Assembly (NCBI GenBank): GCA_017499595.2
Contig: CM039009.1
Span: forward strand, 1,116,001-1,180,000
DNA length: 64,000 nucleotides
Direction: 5' to 3'
From: Psilocybe cubensis
Lineage: Eukaryota
The translations under genes were made by a program, and so were the position numbers. Of the stretch, positions 62,762 through 64,000 are shown one piece after another. Positions within the stretch are counted from its first letter, which is position 1. Each line of letters opens with the position of its first letter. The notes below the pieces were generated by a model. It was not told the origin of the DNA. It saw only the letters and a program-made list of their open reading frames with translations, and did no database searches.

Positions 62762-64000
62762 TCACAAATTATTCAACAATGTGGAGATAGCCTGTCTTGC
62801 AATGCGCTCCGAAGTGAAGTTCCGGCGATAGACTGGATCCATAGTTCGAAATCGCCCATCGTGAACCTCAATCGAAGACAAATTCCAATGGACAAGAGAG
62901 TTATCAGGCTCAGGATGTGTTAACTTTTCCAGAGAGTTGGGTTAGGCTTCTCAGATTTCAGTGGATATAAGCTCACATCATCATGGCGCTTCTCGTAAAT
63001 TAGAACGAGAGAACGCAGATCAGGAAGTCCCTTCGCCAAAACCACCAATAGCGCAATATCCAACATGGTGACAGCAATTTCAAGGTACTGAATTTCGAGT
63101 GACCGATGGCTGAACAGCGCTATAACCTGAGCTATTTCATTTGTAGTGAGGTACCGACCTTTCAGACAAAGCCGTATCAATGTGTCACATGAACGCTGGA
63201 TGATAGGTAGAGTGTTGCTCAACGAAATGAAGGGGATTTCGAGAGACCTGAGGGATGAAAGACACCTGGGATGAGCCAGTAGCAGATTATTCATGCGAAC
63301 CCAAGGTTTATTATCACTCTGGGGATTGATGTTGTTTGTATCTGTCCTTGCGTAGCGATCAACACTTTGAACAGACTGGGACTTGACAGGGTCTAGATGG
63401 TTATGCTCCCAATTGGCAGATAGAATGACTTGTCGAAGGCTGACCGCACAAGACTCCAGGATTTGGCAGAGGCCACTTGCATCCGAGAGAAAATCTTTGT
63501 GAAAAGAGATGTTAACTCCAAAGCCTCGAAGAGAGGGGAAGTAGGAGGGAAGAGCATGAAAAAATTCCGACAAATTGGTGGCAGACGATGACGACACACG
63601 TAAAGACTGGAGACGGTCTCGACGCTTTGCAATAAATGGGACTACAGTCTCCAATAATATTTTCACGTAGGGGTCCGGAGTTTCGGACACAGTACCCCCT
63701 GGACGATAGTCAAAGTGGAAGTCCAACTCCTCGATGTTATTAAAATTGGTATTTGCAAGAAGATCTTTGAATTTGGAGATCGGCGCTCGTAAAACGAGCT
63801 TGCGTAGACTGTTATCGAACGATGTTCTTGCTGATGTCAAAAATATCAACGTGTTCTTGTTCATAGGGAGATCCCGCCATTCGAAATTGAATTCCATAAC
63901 ATTTGACATTCCTGCCACGGCGTTGACCATGGGATTGATAGTTGATTCGAACGAAAGAGCGCCGTCCTTGGATCGTTCATGCCTGTGCTGAAGAACCCAC
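62762..64000 (-). CDS. F-box-like/LRR protein, paralog of 30667-32444; 5' end lies beyond the window
   Basis: AGMSNVMEFNFEWRDLPMNKNTL...SLRKLVLRAPISKFK...ANWEH...WVRMNNLLL aligns with AGMTNVVEFNFEWRDLPVNRDTL...SLRKLNLRAPIAKFK; same last-intron position. Confidence 0.85.

Noticed and set aside
1..64000. CRISPR arrays, rRNA, tRNA or prokaryotic operons/defence systems
   Set aside because: The sequence is intron-containing fungal DNA; I saw no spaced direct-repeat array or convincing tRNA cloverleaf by eye (tRNAscan-SE not run).

Overview
This is eukaryotic DNA from a basidiomycete fungus, most likely an Agaricales mushroom, judging by short GT-AG introns, a class I hydrophobin, a DyP peroxidase, an AA9 LPMO and DUF6533/F-box families. 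The ORF track therefore fragments most genes, and I reconstructed exons by hand. Left part: a DUF6533-type membrane protein, two F-box-like genes (one frameshifted), an APH-like kinase, an NTF2-like protein, a broken phosphatidylserine/PsiD-type decarboxylase, an FAH-family protein with a signal peptide, RRP45 and TRM112 head-to-head, an intracellular DyP and an AA9 LPMO with atypical second-sphere residues (Glu/Phe where Gln/Tyr is usual). Middle (26.7-41.3 kb): a co-oriented array of five RING-HC + coiled-coil genes with shared intron positions but two alternative C-termini (a short C-H-CC putative zinc module or a membrane anchor), with an F-box/LRR gene in between. One RING copy is split by an apparently intact 4.33-kb hAT transposon with an 8-bp TSD, a duplicated right end and a probable AT-AC intron. 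Right part: a DUF4449/DUF5923-like gene with decayed copies of its 3' end, a ~7 kb gene-poor stretch, a large Zn2Cys6 transcription factor whose DNA-binding domain is split by long introns, a Rieske-DUF455 fusion, a hydrophobin and a partial F-box/LRR paralog. Family names come from motif recognition only; no database searches were run.
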